Below are positions 45,912 through 55,885 of a stretch of DNA of 64,000 bases, piece after piece (positions within the stretch are counted from its first letter, which is position 1; the number at the start of each line of letters is the position of its first letter). Below the pieces are notes generated by a model. The model did not search any database, was not told the origin of the DNA, and saw nothing but the letters and a program-made list of their open reading frames with translations. Made by a program: the position numbers and the translations under genes. The stretch lies in the IMG/VR virus record IMGVR_UViG_3300028914_000059, positions 32,001 through 96,000 of that record; one strand, given 5' to 3'. The DNA is from a virus (lineage: Duplodnaviria > Caudoviricetes).

Positions 45912-47054
45912 TTATTCAGCAGCTAAACGTAACTTAGGTCTAATACCTACGTTTAGTGTATAGCTAGTATTTGGCATGTTACCATCCAATCTGAAGAGAA
46001 TAGTTACACGATCACCTGCGTGTATTTCAAACTCCTGATTCCAGTCATATCTAGTACTATTTACTATGCACTTAGAAGAATACACATGAAAGTTAATGCC
46101 AAAAGAAGGCATATTAAGTCCATATATATCCCAATAAGTAGGAGAAGCCGCGAATTTACTGTTATCACTAGGATAGTATTTATAATCGTGCTGAGCTATA
46201 TAATATTCCGGAGAAGTTCTATATACTGAATAATCAGGAGATGCTGAAGGATTTTCTCCCCAATCTACTAAGTTACCATAAAAATTTGAATTCCCGGCTA
46301 CAGAGCTATTACATTGACAGTAAAAACCAAAAGGGGCGTCTGCAAACTTATATTTGCTGGCAGGTCTCAATTTAGGATACCAGCCATAGGTAAATGCTGT
46401 AGCTCCGCTATCCTCCTGTGTATTAAAACCACCAAACATGACAATAACAGACATAACATCGTCTGTTTCAAACAAGATAGGTGTCGAGGTTCCCTTGTAA
46501 GAATACAGAGATTCTCCATTCTTCAATACATCCAATATATAGGTTTCTCCACCATGAGCATGCGTATACAAAGATGTAGACTGATCTGTCCATACAAAGT
46601 AAAGGGGTTCTGTCATTACATATTCAAAAGTAGGGGGTGTGGTTTTATAGTCACTGTACGGTTCTGTCTTATACATTCTGAACGGACCCGTTCCTCCCCA
46701 TTGATTATAATAGTATTCGTGACCACCCACGTTATAAGTAGTTTTGAAGGCTTTGTTATTTTCTTCGTCTGTACCCCAGTCATAATGATCAGCATCATAC
46801 TGTGATCTTGCGAAATGCATGTCACTCAACCTGACTGGATCTGTCATTTCTACGGGGAGTATTTTTTCAGAATAGGCATAATAGGTCTTCCCCTGAACTC
46901 TCAGACTTAATTCTCCACTCTTGGTTCCCTGCTTCAACGGGAGGTACCTGGTATACCCACCTTGTTTTACAGCCAGTTTAGGTGATGAAGAAACGCTGTC
47001 CTTGAGTTCATATTTCTTTATTGTTCCATTTTGTCTTATACATAAGTCTGCCAT
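45912..47054 (-). CDS. Putative receptor-binding/tail-associated protein
   Basis: N-terminal short beta repeats (LAVKQGG, LRVQGKTYY); Tyr-rich duplicated domain. Confidence 0.5.
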   Translation of the reverse strand: MADLCIRQNGTIKKYELKDSVSSSPKLAVKQGGYTRYLPLKQGTKSGELSLRVQGKTYYAYSEKILPVEMTDPVRLSDMHFARSQYDADHYDWGTDEENNKAFKTTYNVGGHEYYYNQWGGTGPFRMYKTEPYSDYKTTPPTFEYVMTEPLYFVWTDQSTSLYTHAHGGETYILDVLKNGESLYSYKGTSTPILFETDDVMSVIVMFGGFNTQEDSGATAFTYGWYPKLRPASKYKFADAPFGFYCQCNSSVAGNSNFYGNLVDWGENPSASPDYSVYRTSPEYYIAQHDYKYYPSDNSKFAASPTYWDIYGLNMPSFGINFHVYSSKCIVNSTRYDWNQEFEIHAGDRVTILFRLDGNMPNTSYTLNVGIRPKLRLAAE

Positions 47055-47076
47055 AATTTATTTCTTCCTTTGTTTA

Positions 47077-47517
47077 TTAGTAGGTGGCCCAGGTTACACT
47101 GGTTGCTCCACCATAAGTAGAGGTCTTTACTGAGGACGTCCAGTTGGAATTGTTGGCTTTGTGATAGATTGTAAGGGTAAGACCTGAAAAAGCTGATGAA
47201 GATAGTGAAGTAGGGGGGTTACCTGCAAAATACACTTTTTTCAAGTTAGAGCAGCCATAGAAACAATAGTTACCTAAAGAGATGACTGATGACGGGATTG
47301 TGATAGAAGGGAGGGAGGAACAGTCTCTGAAACAATTATTAGATAAAGAAGTGATTGATGATGGGATTGTGATAGAAGTAAGGGAAAAAAAGCTGCTGAA
47401 ACAAGCTTCTTTCAAAGAAGTGACTGATGATGGGATTGCGATAGAGCTTATGTCCGATAATTTAGCTGATGACTTAACCTCAGCAAGTGGAATGTTTCCG
47501 TAATATATAGTTGGCAT
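47077..47517 (-). CDS. BspA-type leucine-rich repeat protein (short)
   Basis: About three 22-aa SITIPSSVTSLGNYCF-type repeats plus C-cap. Confidence 0.85.
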   Translation of the reverse strand: MPTIYYGNIPLAEVKSSAKLSDISSIAIPSSVTSLKEACFSSFFSLTSITIPSSITSLSNNCFRDCSSLPSITIPSSVISLGNYCFYGCSNLKKVYFAGNPPTSLSSSAFSGLTLTIYHKANNSNWTSSVKTSTYGGATSVTWATY

Positions 47518-47518
47518 A

Positions 47519-48319
47519 TTAATATGTACTCCATGTTACACTTCTAGCTCCGCCATAATTAGATGTTTTTATTGAAGAAGTCCAGTTAGAATTATTTGAT
47601 TTATGATAAATAGTAAGGGTTAAGCCTGGGAAAGGACTACCTAATGTGGGAGGATTACCTGCAAAATACACTTTTCTTAAGCTACGGCAGGTGCTGAAAC
47701 AATAGTCACCTATAGAAGTGACTGATGATGGGATTGTAATAGAGGCGAGGGATTCACAGAGATAAAAACACGCTATTCCCAAAGAAGTGACTGATGATGG
47801 GATTGTGATGGAAGTAAAGGCAGGACAGCCATAGAAACACTCTTTTCCCAAAGAAGTGATGGATGATGGGAGTGTGATGGAAGTAAGTGAATAACAGTTG
47901 TAGAAACATGATTCTCCCAAAGAAGTAACTGATGATGGGATTGTAATGGAAGTAAGAGAAGAGCAGCCAAAGAAACAATAGTCACCTATAGAAGTGACTG
48001 ATGGTGGGATTGTGATAGAGGGGAGAGAAGAACAATCCATGAAACAATAGTTACCTAAAGAAGTTACTGATGGTGGGATTGTAATGGAAGTAAGAGAAGA
48101 ACAGCGATAGAAACACTCTTTTCCCAAAGAAGTGACTGATGGTGGGATTGTAATACTAAACAAAGGTCCACAGCTATCAAAAGCTCTATCCTCTAATGCA
48201 GTGGTACCTGATGGCACATCAATATACAATCTATAAGCTCCGCTATAAAATGGTATGAAGTTCATTCCTGGAGGTTTAATCCCTTTTATCTGGGTGCCTC
48301 CCCAATATAATTGGGCCAT
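47519..48319 (-). CDS. BspA-type leucine-rich repeat protein (long)
   Basis: Seven to eight 22-aa (66-bp) repeats; C-cap near identical to that of the neighbouring gene. Confidence 0.9.
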   Translation of the reverse strand: MAQLYWGGTQIKGIKPPGMNFIPFYSGAYRLYIDVPSGTTALEDRAFDSCGPLFSITIPPSVTSLGKECFYRCSSLTSITIPPSVTSLGNYCFMDCSSLPSITIPPSVTSIGDYCFFGCSSLTSITIPSSVTSLGESCFYNCYSLTSITLPSSITSLGKECFYGCPAFTSITIPSSVTSLGIACFYLCESLASITIPSSVTSIGDYCFSTCRSLRKVYFAGNPPTLGSPFPGLTLTIYHKSNNSNWTSSIKTSNYGGARSVTWSTY

Positions 48320-48321
48320 GA

Positions 48322-49773
48322 TCAGCTCCCTGTTACAATATATAAAGTATTGGCATCTGGATTAGCCGGCAGGCTTGCAACACTTTCAACCTTGAAACCA
48401 CAAGCTGTCGGAGTACCGGCATTGAGATACATTGGCTGCTTTGAGCTTCCTACATTACTACTTCCTAACTTAGAGGCCGTAGTTGCTGTCGTTGCTGATG
48501 TAGCTGTAGTTGCAGATGTAGCTGTAGCGGCATTACCCGTAATATCAATAGCCAGACTGTTCCCACAAGCAGTCGGAGTACCAGCATTAAGATAAACAGG
48601 TTGGTTGCTACTACCTACGGTAGCTACGCCTACTTTAGCTGAAGATCCGGTTATATCTACAGCAAGGGAGCTTCCCACAGCGGTAATTGTTCCATTATCG
48701 AGATAAACAGGGGTAGTCGATGAACCTACTGTTCCTGATAATAAGCCACTTGGAAGCTGGTTACTATCAAGTTTCCCGGTACTATCCAGGGTTGCAATCC
48801 CACTCGCCTGGCCTATGCTTCCTACAACATCAGCTACTGTGATTGCTCCTACAGCATTGTTGGAATCAACACCAATGTGGCTGGCACCTGTAGTAGCGGA
48901 AAAATAGGATTTAATGCTGTTCCACATGGTGATAAGATTTTCTCTGGCCAGATAAATCAACCCGTGTGCAGTTGATACAAAGTTAGCCCTGCACAAAGTA
49001 TCTGCAGATATAATGAAAGTCTTCTGAGTACTGGTGTCACCATCTGTCCATCCTATGAACCTGCCTCCGGATACTGGACTGGCTTCCACTGTAACCGAAG
49101 AACCTCCGGTATAATTTCCGGCACCTGTTACAACGCCATAACTGGTGTTATTGGACTTACAGGTAACAGTATACAGATCTTCGGCCACGTAACCATTGAT
49201 TTCATAGACATACCAGACAGATGTAATGTCATCGGCTGAGCTGAAACCAAACTCAGAGGCATCTGCACCAGCAGATAATACTTTTCCTGCAACACCTTCT
49301 GTGAATCTGACAAAGGATGAGTTGCTTGCCATAGCATTTACGGCTATTCCTGTGGTATCTGATATGATCGGAGAGCTTAATGTAAACTCTTCGGGAATTT
49401 CTACCCAGGCTAAACCATTGGTTCCTTCGGCGTCATATCTCGGGCTGTAAAAATTGTATCCCACATTTCTTAGAGTATACATGGATATACCTGTCTTAGT
49501 GAGAACAAAGTGAGCTGTGGGCTCAGAATAAACGGAAGAAACTGTGGCATCCAACTCACTGTCACTTCCGCTTGCTGTAATTCCGTTCTGAGTAAAAGCA
49601 GAAGAAGAGCCTGATACACATCGTGGGTAATAGGCTCCTGGAGATACCTGCGGACATATGATAGCTACAACCTTCTTTTCATTGATTTCCATATTCTGGA
49701 TATCTGAGAAGGTCAGAAGTGTAGATGATAAAGGAGTTTCGAGATCTGGTCTGGATACCTGTAGTGTGGCCAT
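48322..49773 (-). CDS. Tail fibre protein with an InlB-B/Flg_new-like repeat
   Basis: GVVTGAGNY..G...GRFIGWTDG repeat; GIATLDSTGK; ITGNAATAT repeats. Confidence 0.7.
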   Translation of the reverse strand: MATLQVSRPDLETPLSSTLLTFSDIQNMEINEKKVVAIICPQVSPGAYYPRCVSGSSSAFTQNGITASGSDSELDATVSSVYSEPTAHFVLTKTGISMYTLRNVGYNFYSPRYDAEGTNGLAWVEIPEEFTLSSPIISDTTGIAVNAMASNSSFVRFTEGVAGKVLSAGADASEFGFSSADDITSVWYVYEINGYVAEDLYTVTCKSNNTSYGVVTGAGNYTGGSSVTVEASPVSGGRFIGWTDGDTSTQKTFIISADTLCRANFVSTAHGLIYLARENLITMWNSIKSYFSATTGASHIGVDSNNAVGAITVADVVGSIGQASGIATLDSTGKLDSNQLPSGLLSGTVGSSTTPVYLDNGTITAVGSSLAVDITGSSAKVGVATVGSSNQPVYLNAGTPTACGNSLAIDITGNAATATSATTATSATTATTASKLGSSNVGSSKQPMYLNAGTPTACGFKVESVASLPANPDANTLYIVTGS

Positions 49774-49832
49774 GTTAGTTATCCTGATAATGAATATATA
49801 ATCAATATACTCTGTCTTGAGTTAAAAATCAA

Positions 49833-50372
49833 CTATCTGACAGTGATCTTATAGCACCAGGAACCAAAAGGTGAGGGGTACTTCTTCGCTAAATCCACAG
49901 ACCGCAGTGAAACCACATCCCCGTCTCCCATGTGCAGCATACCATTTTCGTAAGCTATCCAATGCTGGTTCAGGATATGAGCAACTCTATCGTCCTCCCA
50001 GTTATCCCAGTGAATAAGAATAATAGCTCTGTCATTAAGAGATAGCTCATCCGGGTCTACTCTGTCAACACAATATCCCAACTCTTCCAGGGAGGCTTTA
50101 ACGTTCCATGGATTTCCATACATGGGGTTCTGCAGCCAGCCCAGCCAGCGTAATCTTAACAAGGCAGCCTCTATCTTATCGTAAGAATCTGTATCTTTTA
50201 ACGACAATGCATTTATAATTGCAGCGTTCTCGCAATCATACTCTGTTCTCATCTTATAAGTGGGATGCCGTTGATTAAGAAATACAAGTTTTATCGGGGG
50301 CAACTTCCCATTAAAACGAGAAAACAGCTTATATAATAACTTTAAAAAATACCTGTATATTCTTACTAACAT
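49833..50372 (-). CDS. Putative papain-like (C39-type) peptidase
   Basis: Q....DCENAAIINAL and HWIAY catalytic-like motifs. Confidence 0.45.
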   Translation of the reverse strand: MLVRIYRYFLKLLYKLFSRFNGKLPPIKLVFLNQRHPTYKMRTEYDCENAAIINALSLKDTDSYDKIEAALLRLRWLGWLQNPMYGNPWNVKASLEELGYCVDRVDPDELSLNDRAIILIHWDNWEDDRVAHILNQHWIAYENGMLHMGDGDVVSLRSVDLAKKYPSPFGSWCYKITVR

Positions 50373-50445
50373 AGAAAAACTCCTTATATGTTCAGCCTAA
50401 CATATAAGGAGTCTTTACGCAATAGGTTATTCCTCCGACAGTAGG

Positions 50446-50907
50446 TTATTCCTCTATCCATATCATCCCGGGCTGGAGACTGGAAGGTTGGGCTGTCGGG
50501 ATTCTGACAGGCAGAGACCCTGTGCCTAATGACGTAACAGCAACTGGCTGTCCGTTGGAAAAATAAACAGGGGTATTAGCTGCTCCACCATTAGAGGCAA
50601 GCTTTGTGGCAGTTGTAGCGGTGGTTGCACTTGCTGCACTTCCACTACAATTACCAGTGACATTACCCGTTACGTTTCCAGTAAGTGGTCCTACAAAGGA
50701 ACCTGCCTTGATGGTGTCAGGCAATTTAATAACAATATCGGCACTGCCGTTAAATGATGTAGCCGGGCCGGCATTGGTTGCACTGTTATCTTTTATTGTA
50801 ATAGTCCTAGCTGTAGCAAGAGTCTTGGCTGTTTTAGCCGTAATATCATTTTCCCCCTTGCTCCAGGAGACTAGATCTTTATAACTTAATTTGGTGGGAT
50901 CAGCCAT
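50446..50907 (-). CDS. Short tail fibre-like protein
   Basis: LATARTI..FNGSADI, LTGNVTGNVTG, C-terminal GMIWIE. Confidence 0.65.
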   Translation of the reverse strand: MADPTKLSYKDLVSWSKGENDITAKTAKTLATARTITIKDNSATNAGPATSFNGSADIVIKLPDTIKAGSFVGPLTGNVTGNVTGNCSGSAASATTATTATKLASNGGAANTPVYFSNGQPVAVTSLGTGSLPVRIPTAQPSSLQPGMIWIEE

Positions 50908-50920
50908 AATAAACTCTCCT

Positions 50921-51409
50921 TTATGATTCTATCCATACAGCACCACTTGGATAAGCGTTTTTCTGCACTGTTGTGGGATTCACTGGTAGCTTTGATAAAG
51001 TTGCAGCTACAGGTACACCGCCAGAAAAATATACAGGAGTATAAGTATCCCCAGCATTTGTAGATAACTTGGATGCTGTAGCTGCGGTTCCAGTAATGCT
51101 TACTGCTAGAGAAGACCCACAAGCTACGGGCTTCCCCCCTGAAAAATATATAGGAATGGTACCGCTCCCAGCATTACTACCTAACTTCGTAGCCGTAGCC
51201 GCATTCCCACTAATATCTACAGCAACAGTTGCAGGTAATTTCAACGTAACATCGGCACTCCCGTCAAAATTCCCGGAAGCCAATGATGTTCCTGCATTAT
51301 TTGTAATACTTATAGACCTGGGCGTAGCCAGTTTCTTAGCAATGATATCGTTAGACGTGCCCTTTGCCCAGGTTATAATATCGTTATAACTTTTCTTAGG
51401 ATCTGCCAT
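50921..51409 (-). CDS. Short tail fibre-like protein, paralog of the neighbouring gene
   Basis: MADP.K.SY.D N-terminus, LATPRSI..FDGSADV, PVYFSGG repeats, GAVWIE. Confidence 0.65.
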   Translation of the reverse strand: MADPKKSYNDIITWAKGTSNDIIAKKLATPRSISITNNAGTSLASGNFDGSADVTLKLPATVAVDISGNAATATKLGSNAGSGTIPIYFSGGKPVACGSSLAVSITGTAATASKLSTNAGDTYTPVYFSGGVPVAATLSKLPVNPTTVQKNAYPSGAVWIES

Positions 51410-51478
51410 GACGGGCTGTTCTCCTTTTAATACATATATTCTTATAATACTTTATTTTGGAAGGTTAGTAAAGGTCTC

Positions 51479-52396
51479 TTACAATTCCAGCTTATATAGG
51501 AATGTAGAATCAGAGGCACCTCCCGTAAACACGAAAGTATCTCCGCCACAGTTCATTATACTAAAAGCAAATATATCAGAGGCTACTGTTTCTTCGGCTC
51601 CGGTTGCTATTATTCTCTTCTGTATTCTCTTGTTTGTATTATCAACATATACTAAATAAGTATTATCCCCAGATAAGGCTATGCCTTGAGTACTACCAGA
51701 GGCGCCTCCAGAATAAATAGTTTCAGTAGAAGAAGCAGTGGTGTCAGAAGCTGATGCAAATGTAGACTTTTTTATAGTTCCATAGTAACCTGTATAATAC
51801 AAAGTCTTGCCATCTGTCGTCATAGTACTTCCTATCTGTAAAGATACAGAAGCTAAAGATATATAGGAGGATAGATCTCTTGGTACCTGTACTACTTGTC
51901 CCCCACCATAACAACTGACAATCAGCCTATCTCTAGTCGTATTATAGCTTATCTGATGTCCACTGCCTGAAGGCATCTGAAGCTTAGATACATAGGTTAG
52001 AGCTGTACTGGTATACTTTAATTTTCGTAAATACCATGAAGCACTTTGACCCCTCCAATCGGTTACATAAATATAACCATCCTTATCCTGACATATACCG
52101 TAAGGATTTGTAAACTGACTGTCTCCAGTTCCACTGCTACCAAAACTATATTTTAAAGCACCTGCAGAAGAAAAAACTCTAACACAAGCATTACTCCAGT
52201 CTGTAGCTGCGTAATTCCCATCCTTCAAAAGAGTAATACCTCTACTGGATGACCCTAGTGTGTAAGTACCTATTCTAGTAAGAACAGGTGAAGGGGCCGT
52301 CCATATTAAAGTACTTCCAACATATACCTTTTTTATTGGAGTACTTTCTATAAATACTTTTTTAACTGCTGTACTTCCTATTTTTATACTTCCCAT
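51479..52396 (-). CDS. NHL-repeat beta-propeller protein, candidate receptor-binding protein
   Basis: FGSSGTGDSQFTNPYGICQDKDGYIYVTD; N-terminal IKKVYVGSTLIW adaptor motif. Confidence 0.75.
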   Translation of the reverse strand: MGSIKIGSTAVKKVFIESTPIKKVYVGSTLIWTAPSPVLTRIGTYTLGSSSRGITLLKDGNYAATDWSNACVRVFSSAGALKYSFGSSGTGDSQFTNPYGICQDKDGYIYVTDWRGQSASWYLRKLKYTSTALTYVSKLQMPSGSGHQISYNTTRDRLIVSCYGGGQVVQVPRDLSSYISLASVSLQIGSTMTTDGKTLYYTGYYGTIKKSTFASASDTTASSTETIYSGGASGSTQGIALSGDNTYLVYVDNTNKRIQKRIIATGAEETVASDIFAFSIMNCGGDTFVFTGGASDSTFLYKLEL

Positions 52397-52397
52397 A

Positions 52398-55300
52398 TTA
52401 TTTCACCAGATATACAGTTTTAGCATTCGGACTACTTGGTAAAGCAGAAACCACTGAAATATTATACACCGTTGAATCTGAAGATACAACTGCTAATCCA
52501 GTGATGTCTGGAAGTGTGAAGGTTCTAGCTGTAGTAGCAACACCACTGACTATTTCTGAATAAGAAGTATTAACACCGTATATTCTAAGATGTCCTCTCT
52601 TGTTAGCTGCCGTAGCCGTAGCTTTAGCATTACCTAATTGCATATAGCAATGTCCCTGAGTACCTGCTGCTGGAGCAGTCCCTGGATAGGCAAGGATACT
52701 ATCTGCATCGACACGGGCAACATAGTTTGTGGATGCTGCAGAACCAGAAGAAAGGACTATTGGGTACCAGGTATTGCTGTCAGTATCCGTTACACGAATG
52801 TTTGTTGCATAAGTAGCTGATGCTGCGTTTCCAGAACAGGCTGATGCAGTAGTTGCTGTAGCGGCGTTTCCTGTGCAGGATGCAGATGAGCCTGTGATAT
52901 TAGATGAAGTTAGGGCGATTGTTCCACTAGCATCAGGAAATACAATTTCTCTATCTGTATCAGATGACGTTGCACACATAGGTGGTTTTATTTGTATTTT
53001 TGCAGGATTTTTATGTGAAGAATCTGACTGCTTGTATAGATTTATAAATCCAAATGCGTTTCCTGCTGTACCATATGCGGTAGAAGTTCCCAACGATAAT
53101 GCACAATATCCATTTGATGTTGTTGGTGTTGTATAAGCTTGTATTTTAAAACCTGTATTTGCATAAGGTGCATAATTAGTACTTGTTGTCATTCCTGTTG
53201 TAAATACTGGATAATACCAAGAATTTGCTGATTTTGATGTCGGTCTTATGTTGCTTGCGTATGTCGCTGATGCGGCATTACCAGAACAAGCCGACGCTGT
53301 AGTAGCTGTAGCGGCGTTTCCAGTACAGGATGCAGAAGAACCAGTGATATTTGATGATGTAAGAGCGATTGTACCTGTAGCTGAGGGAAGTGTTAGTGTA
53401 ACATCTGCTGGTGCAACAAGTGTTACAGTTTTATTAGCTGTCTGGTCACCTGCCTGAAATTTAGCCCAAGTTGTACCAGTACCATATAAATATAATCCGC
53501 CTCGTGAATTATTCGCATCGGTTTTTGCAATGTTATTACCTATAACAATATAAGATTCACCCTGAGTGTTAGCGGCGGCACAGTAGGCTTTAGCTCTTAA
53601 AGCACAGTTTGCCGCTGTTGCTGTAGGAGTTCCGATTCTAAGTGCCTGTTGAGCATCTGTGATTACAAAAGAGGTGCCGAACACTAGTGGATATTCTGTG
53701 TTACCTACAGTATGGGTAAGCTTGGCATTATTGGTGTTTGTAGCTGTAGTTGCAGTAGCGGCATTACCACTACATGCTGCTGCAGTAGTAGCTGTAGCGG
53801 CGTTACCAGTACAGCTACCGGATGAACCAGAACAGTTACCTGTTACATTTCCCGTCAATGCCCCACTGAATCCGTTGGGAGCTGATACCGTTCCATTTTC
53901 ATTTATAGTTAAACAAGTTTTTGTTACAGTGTTTGTAGTTACAGTATCAGCAACGTAGTAGAACTGATAATCAGCATTATATACACCGTGCATGAATTTA
54001 CCATTTGTCGATTTCATACGTGCCAGCATATTAAAGCCTTTTGCGGCAGTACTCACTATGATAGCACCACTTTCGCCGTAACCATTCTGATATGTAGAGG
54101 TTGTTTTAGATGAAGAAAAGCCGCCTGTAGAAAAGATATAACCAGTAGATGGATTTGCATAAAAACTTCCACAATAGACACCCTGCTCTTGCTTATGCGA
54201 AGTATCTGAGACTGTGGTACCATCAACCATCATTAATGGTCTATTAGCATTACCCGTAGAATACCATACTTTTACACTTTCTGAATCTGTTGCTGTAGCT
54301 GCATTTCCAGTACAAGCAGCAGCAGATGTTGCAGTAGCAGCATTACCAGTAATATCAACAGCAAGACTCCCACCACAGGCAGTCGGTGTTCCTGCATTAA
54401 TATACACTGGTTCAGTGCTGCTGCCTACGGTAGTTGTTCCCACTTTATCCGCAACACTCGCTGTAGCTGCATTTCCAGAAGTATCATTGCTCAGCGTCCC
54501 ATCTATATCAGCTGCGGCTACTTTTCCACTGTTATTGAGTATAGCAATACCACCAGGCTGACCCGCACTGTTTACTACGTCTGCAAGAGTAGTTGCACCG
54601 AGAGCGTTGTTAGCTGGAGCTCCTATTTTGCTGGCACCTGTGGAGGCGGAGAAAAAAGATTTTATAGTATTCCAGGCGTGCTGAAATATTTTCTTAGTAA
54701 CTAAGATAAGCCCTGTGGCAGGATAAAAATTAGCTCTTATAGTTTCATTTCCATGAACATTAACAGTTATCTCAGTGGCCGCCTGTCCTGTGCTCCAGTT
54801 CAAAAACCTTCCGCCCTCAGTGGTCACAGCCTGAAGATTTATAATAGTTCCATCCGGCCATATATTATGAGCTTCACCCCTAGGTTCCGCAGTAGCTGAA
54901 ACGACAGAAATGCTTCCACAGTCAACGTCATTTGTTATCAAAGTAACCTGATAGAATACTATGGCAGAAAATACAGCTATAATGTCCATCTCCTGGCCAT
55001 CAACAATAAAGCTGGCTGTAGGGGAGGCAGTCACTATTTCACCATCCACCTGCCAGCCGTCAAATTTATAATCAGTAGCCGGTATAGCAGTTAGTGTTAT
55101 TGTTGTTCCAGTCTCAATATTACCAGAAGTTGCGCCGCCTACTGTCCCCCAGGACACGTCATTGCTCGCTATAGTAACATCAGTATACTGGATTTCCTCG
55201 AACGTTGCTGTATATGTAATATCAGCACTTGATGTAAATATCCTGGGGTTATCAGTATTACCATCATTCCAGCTTACAAACCTGCAGCCTGTTTCCGGGA

Positions 55301-55820
55301 CAGCTGTAAGTGTAACGGTATCACCTTCATCGTATTCCCCTGAGCCGGTTACGCTTCCCAGATTAGCATCATTCACAGCTGTGCTGATAGTAAAATAATT
55401 AACTGCTTCGAAAATGGCCTTGTATGTAGTAGCTGCAGATACTGTTATAGTTCTTGGGTTATCAGAATTACCATCTTCCCAATTCACAAATCTGGAATGG
55501 ACATATGGTGTAGCACTTATCTGGGTACTAGTGCCTTCTCTGAAAGTTCCAGAACCGCTAACGGTCCCAAGACTATTATCATTAGTAGTGACAGAAATGG
55601 CATACTCTGGAATTGCCTCCAAAGTGGCTACTAAGGTAACATCTTCAGAAGCATTAAAGACTCTTGGGTTGTCAGTACTACCGTCATCCCATGATACAAA
55701 TCTGTAACCGTCATTAGCAGTTACTTCCAGGGTTACTTCAGCCCCTTCCACATAACTACCGGAACCGCTTACACTGCCATATACAGCATTATTTACACCA
55801 GCGACTATATTAAAGGCCAT
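52398..55820 (-). CDS. Long tail fibre with InlB-B/Flg_new-like repeats
   Basis: About five GSVSGSG.Y..G..VTL.A....RFVSW.DG..DNPR repeats, then CTGNAATAT fibre repeats. Confidence 0.8.
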   Translation of the reverse strand: MAFNIVAGVNNAVYGSVSGSGSYVEGAEVTLEVTANDGYRFVSWDDGSTDNPRVFNASEDVTLVATLEAIPEYAISVTTNDNSLGTVSGSGTFREGTSTQISATPYVHSRFVNWEDGNSDNPRTITVSAATTYKAIFEAVNYFTISTAVNDANLGSVTGSGEYDEGDTVTLTAVPETGCRFVSWNDGNTDNPRIFTSSADITYTATFEEIQYTDVTIASNDVSWGTVGGATSGNIETGTTITLTAIPATDYKFDGWQVDGEIVTASPTASFIVDGQEMDIIAVFSAIVFYQVTLITNDVDCGSISVVSATAEPRGEAHNIWPDGTIINLQAVTTEGGRFLNWSTGQAATEITVNVHGNETIRANFYPATGLILVTKKIFQHAWNTIKSFFSASTGASKIGAPANNALGATTLADVVNSAGQPGGIAILNNSGKVAAADIDGTLSNDTSGNAATASVADKVGTTTVGSSTEPVYINAGTPTACGGSLAVDITGNAATATSAAACTGNAATATDSESVKVWYSTGNANRPLMMVDGTTVSDTSHKQEQGVYCGSFYANPSTGYIFSTGGFSSSKTTSTYQNGYGESGAIIVSTAAKGFNMLARMKSTNGKFMHGVYNADYQFYYVADTVTTNTVTKTCLTINENGTVSAPNGFSGALTGNVTGNCSGSSGSCTGNAATATTAAACSGNAATATTATNTNNAKLTHTVGNTEYPLVFGTSFVITDAQQALRIGTPTATAANCALRAKAYCAAANTQGESYIVIGNNIAKTDANNSRGGLYLYGTGTTWAKFQAGDQTANKTVTLVAPADVTLTLPSATGTIALTSSNITGSSASCTGNAATATTASACSGNAASATYASNIRPTSKSANSWYYPVFTTGMTTSTNYAPYANTGFKIQAYTTPTTSNGYCALSLGTSTAYGTAGNAFGFINLYKQSDSSHKNPAKIQIKPPMCATSSDTDREIVFPDASGTIALTSSNITGSSASCTGNAATATTASACSGNAASATYATNIRVTDTDSNTWYPIVLSSGSAASTNYVARVDADSILAYPGTAPAAGTQGHCYMQLGNAKATATAANKRGHLRIYGVNTSYSEIVSGVATTARTFTLPDITGLAVVSSDSTVYNISVVSALPSSPNAKTVYLVK

Positions 55821-55885
55821 AACTTTGTCCTATTATTCACGAGTTAAAGGAGCTGATGTATTATCAGCTCCATATTAGTATACCA

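Noticed and set aside
52800-53380. Duplicated stretch of about 120 bp in the tail fibre as a DGR template/variable repeat
   Set aside because: Both copies are in frame and encode the same peptide (GTIALTSSNITGSSASCTGNAATATTASACSGNAASATYA) with synonymous differences: an ordinary protein repeat.
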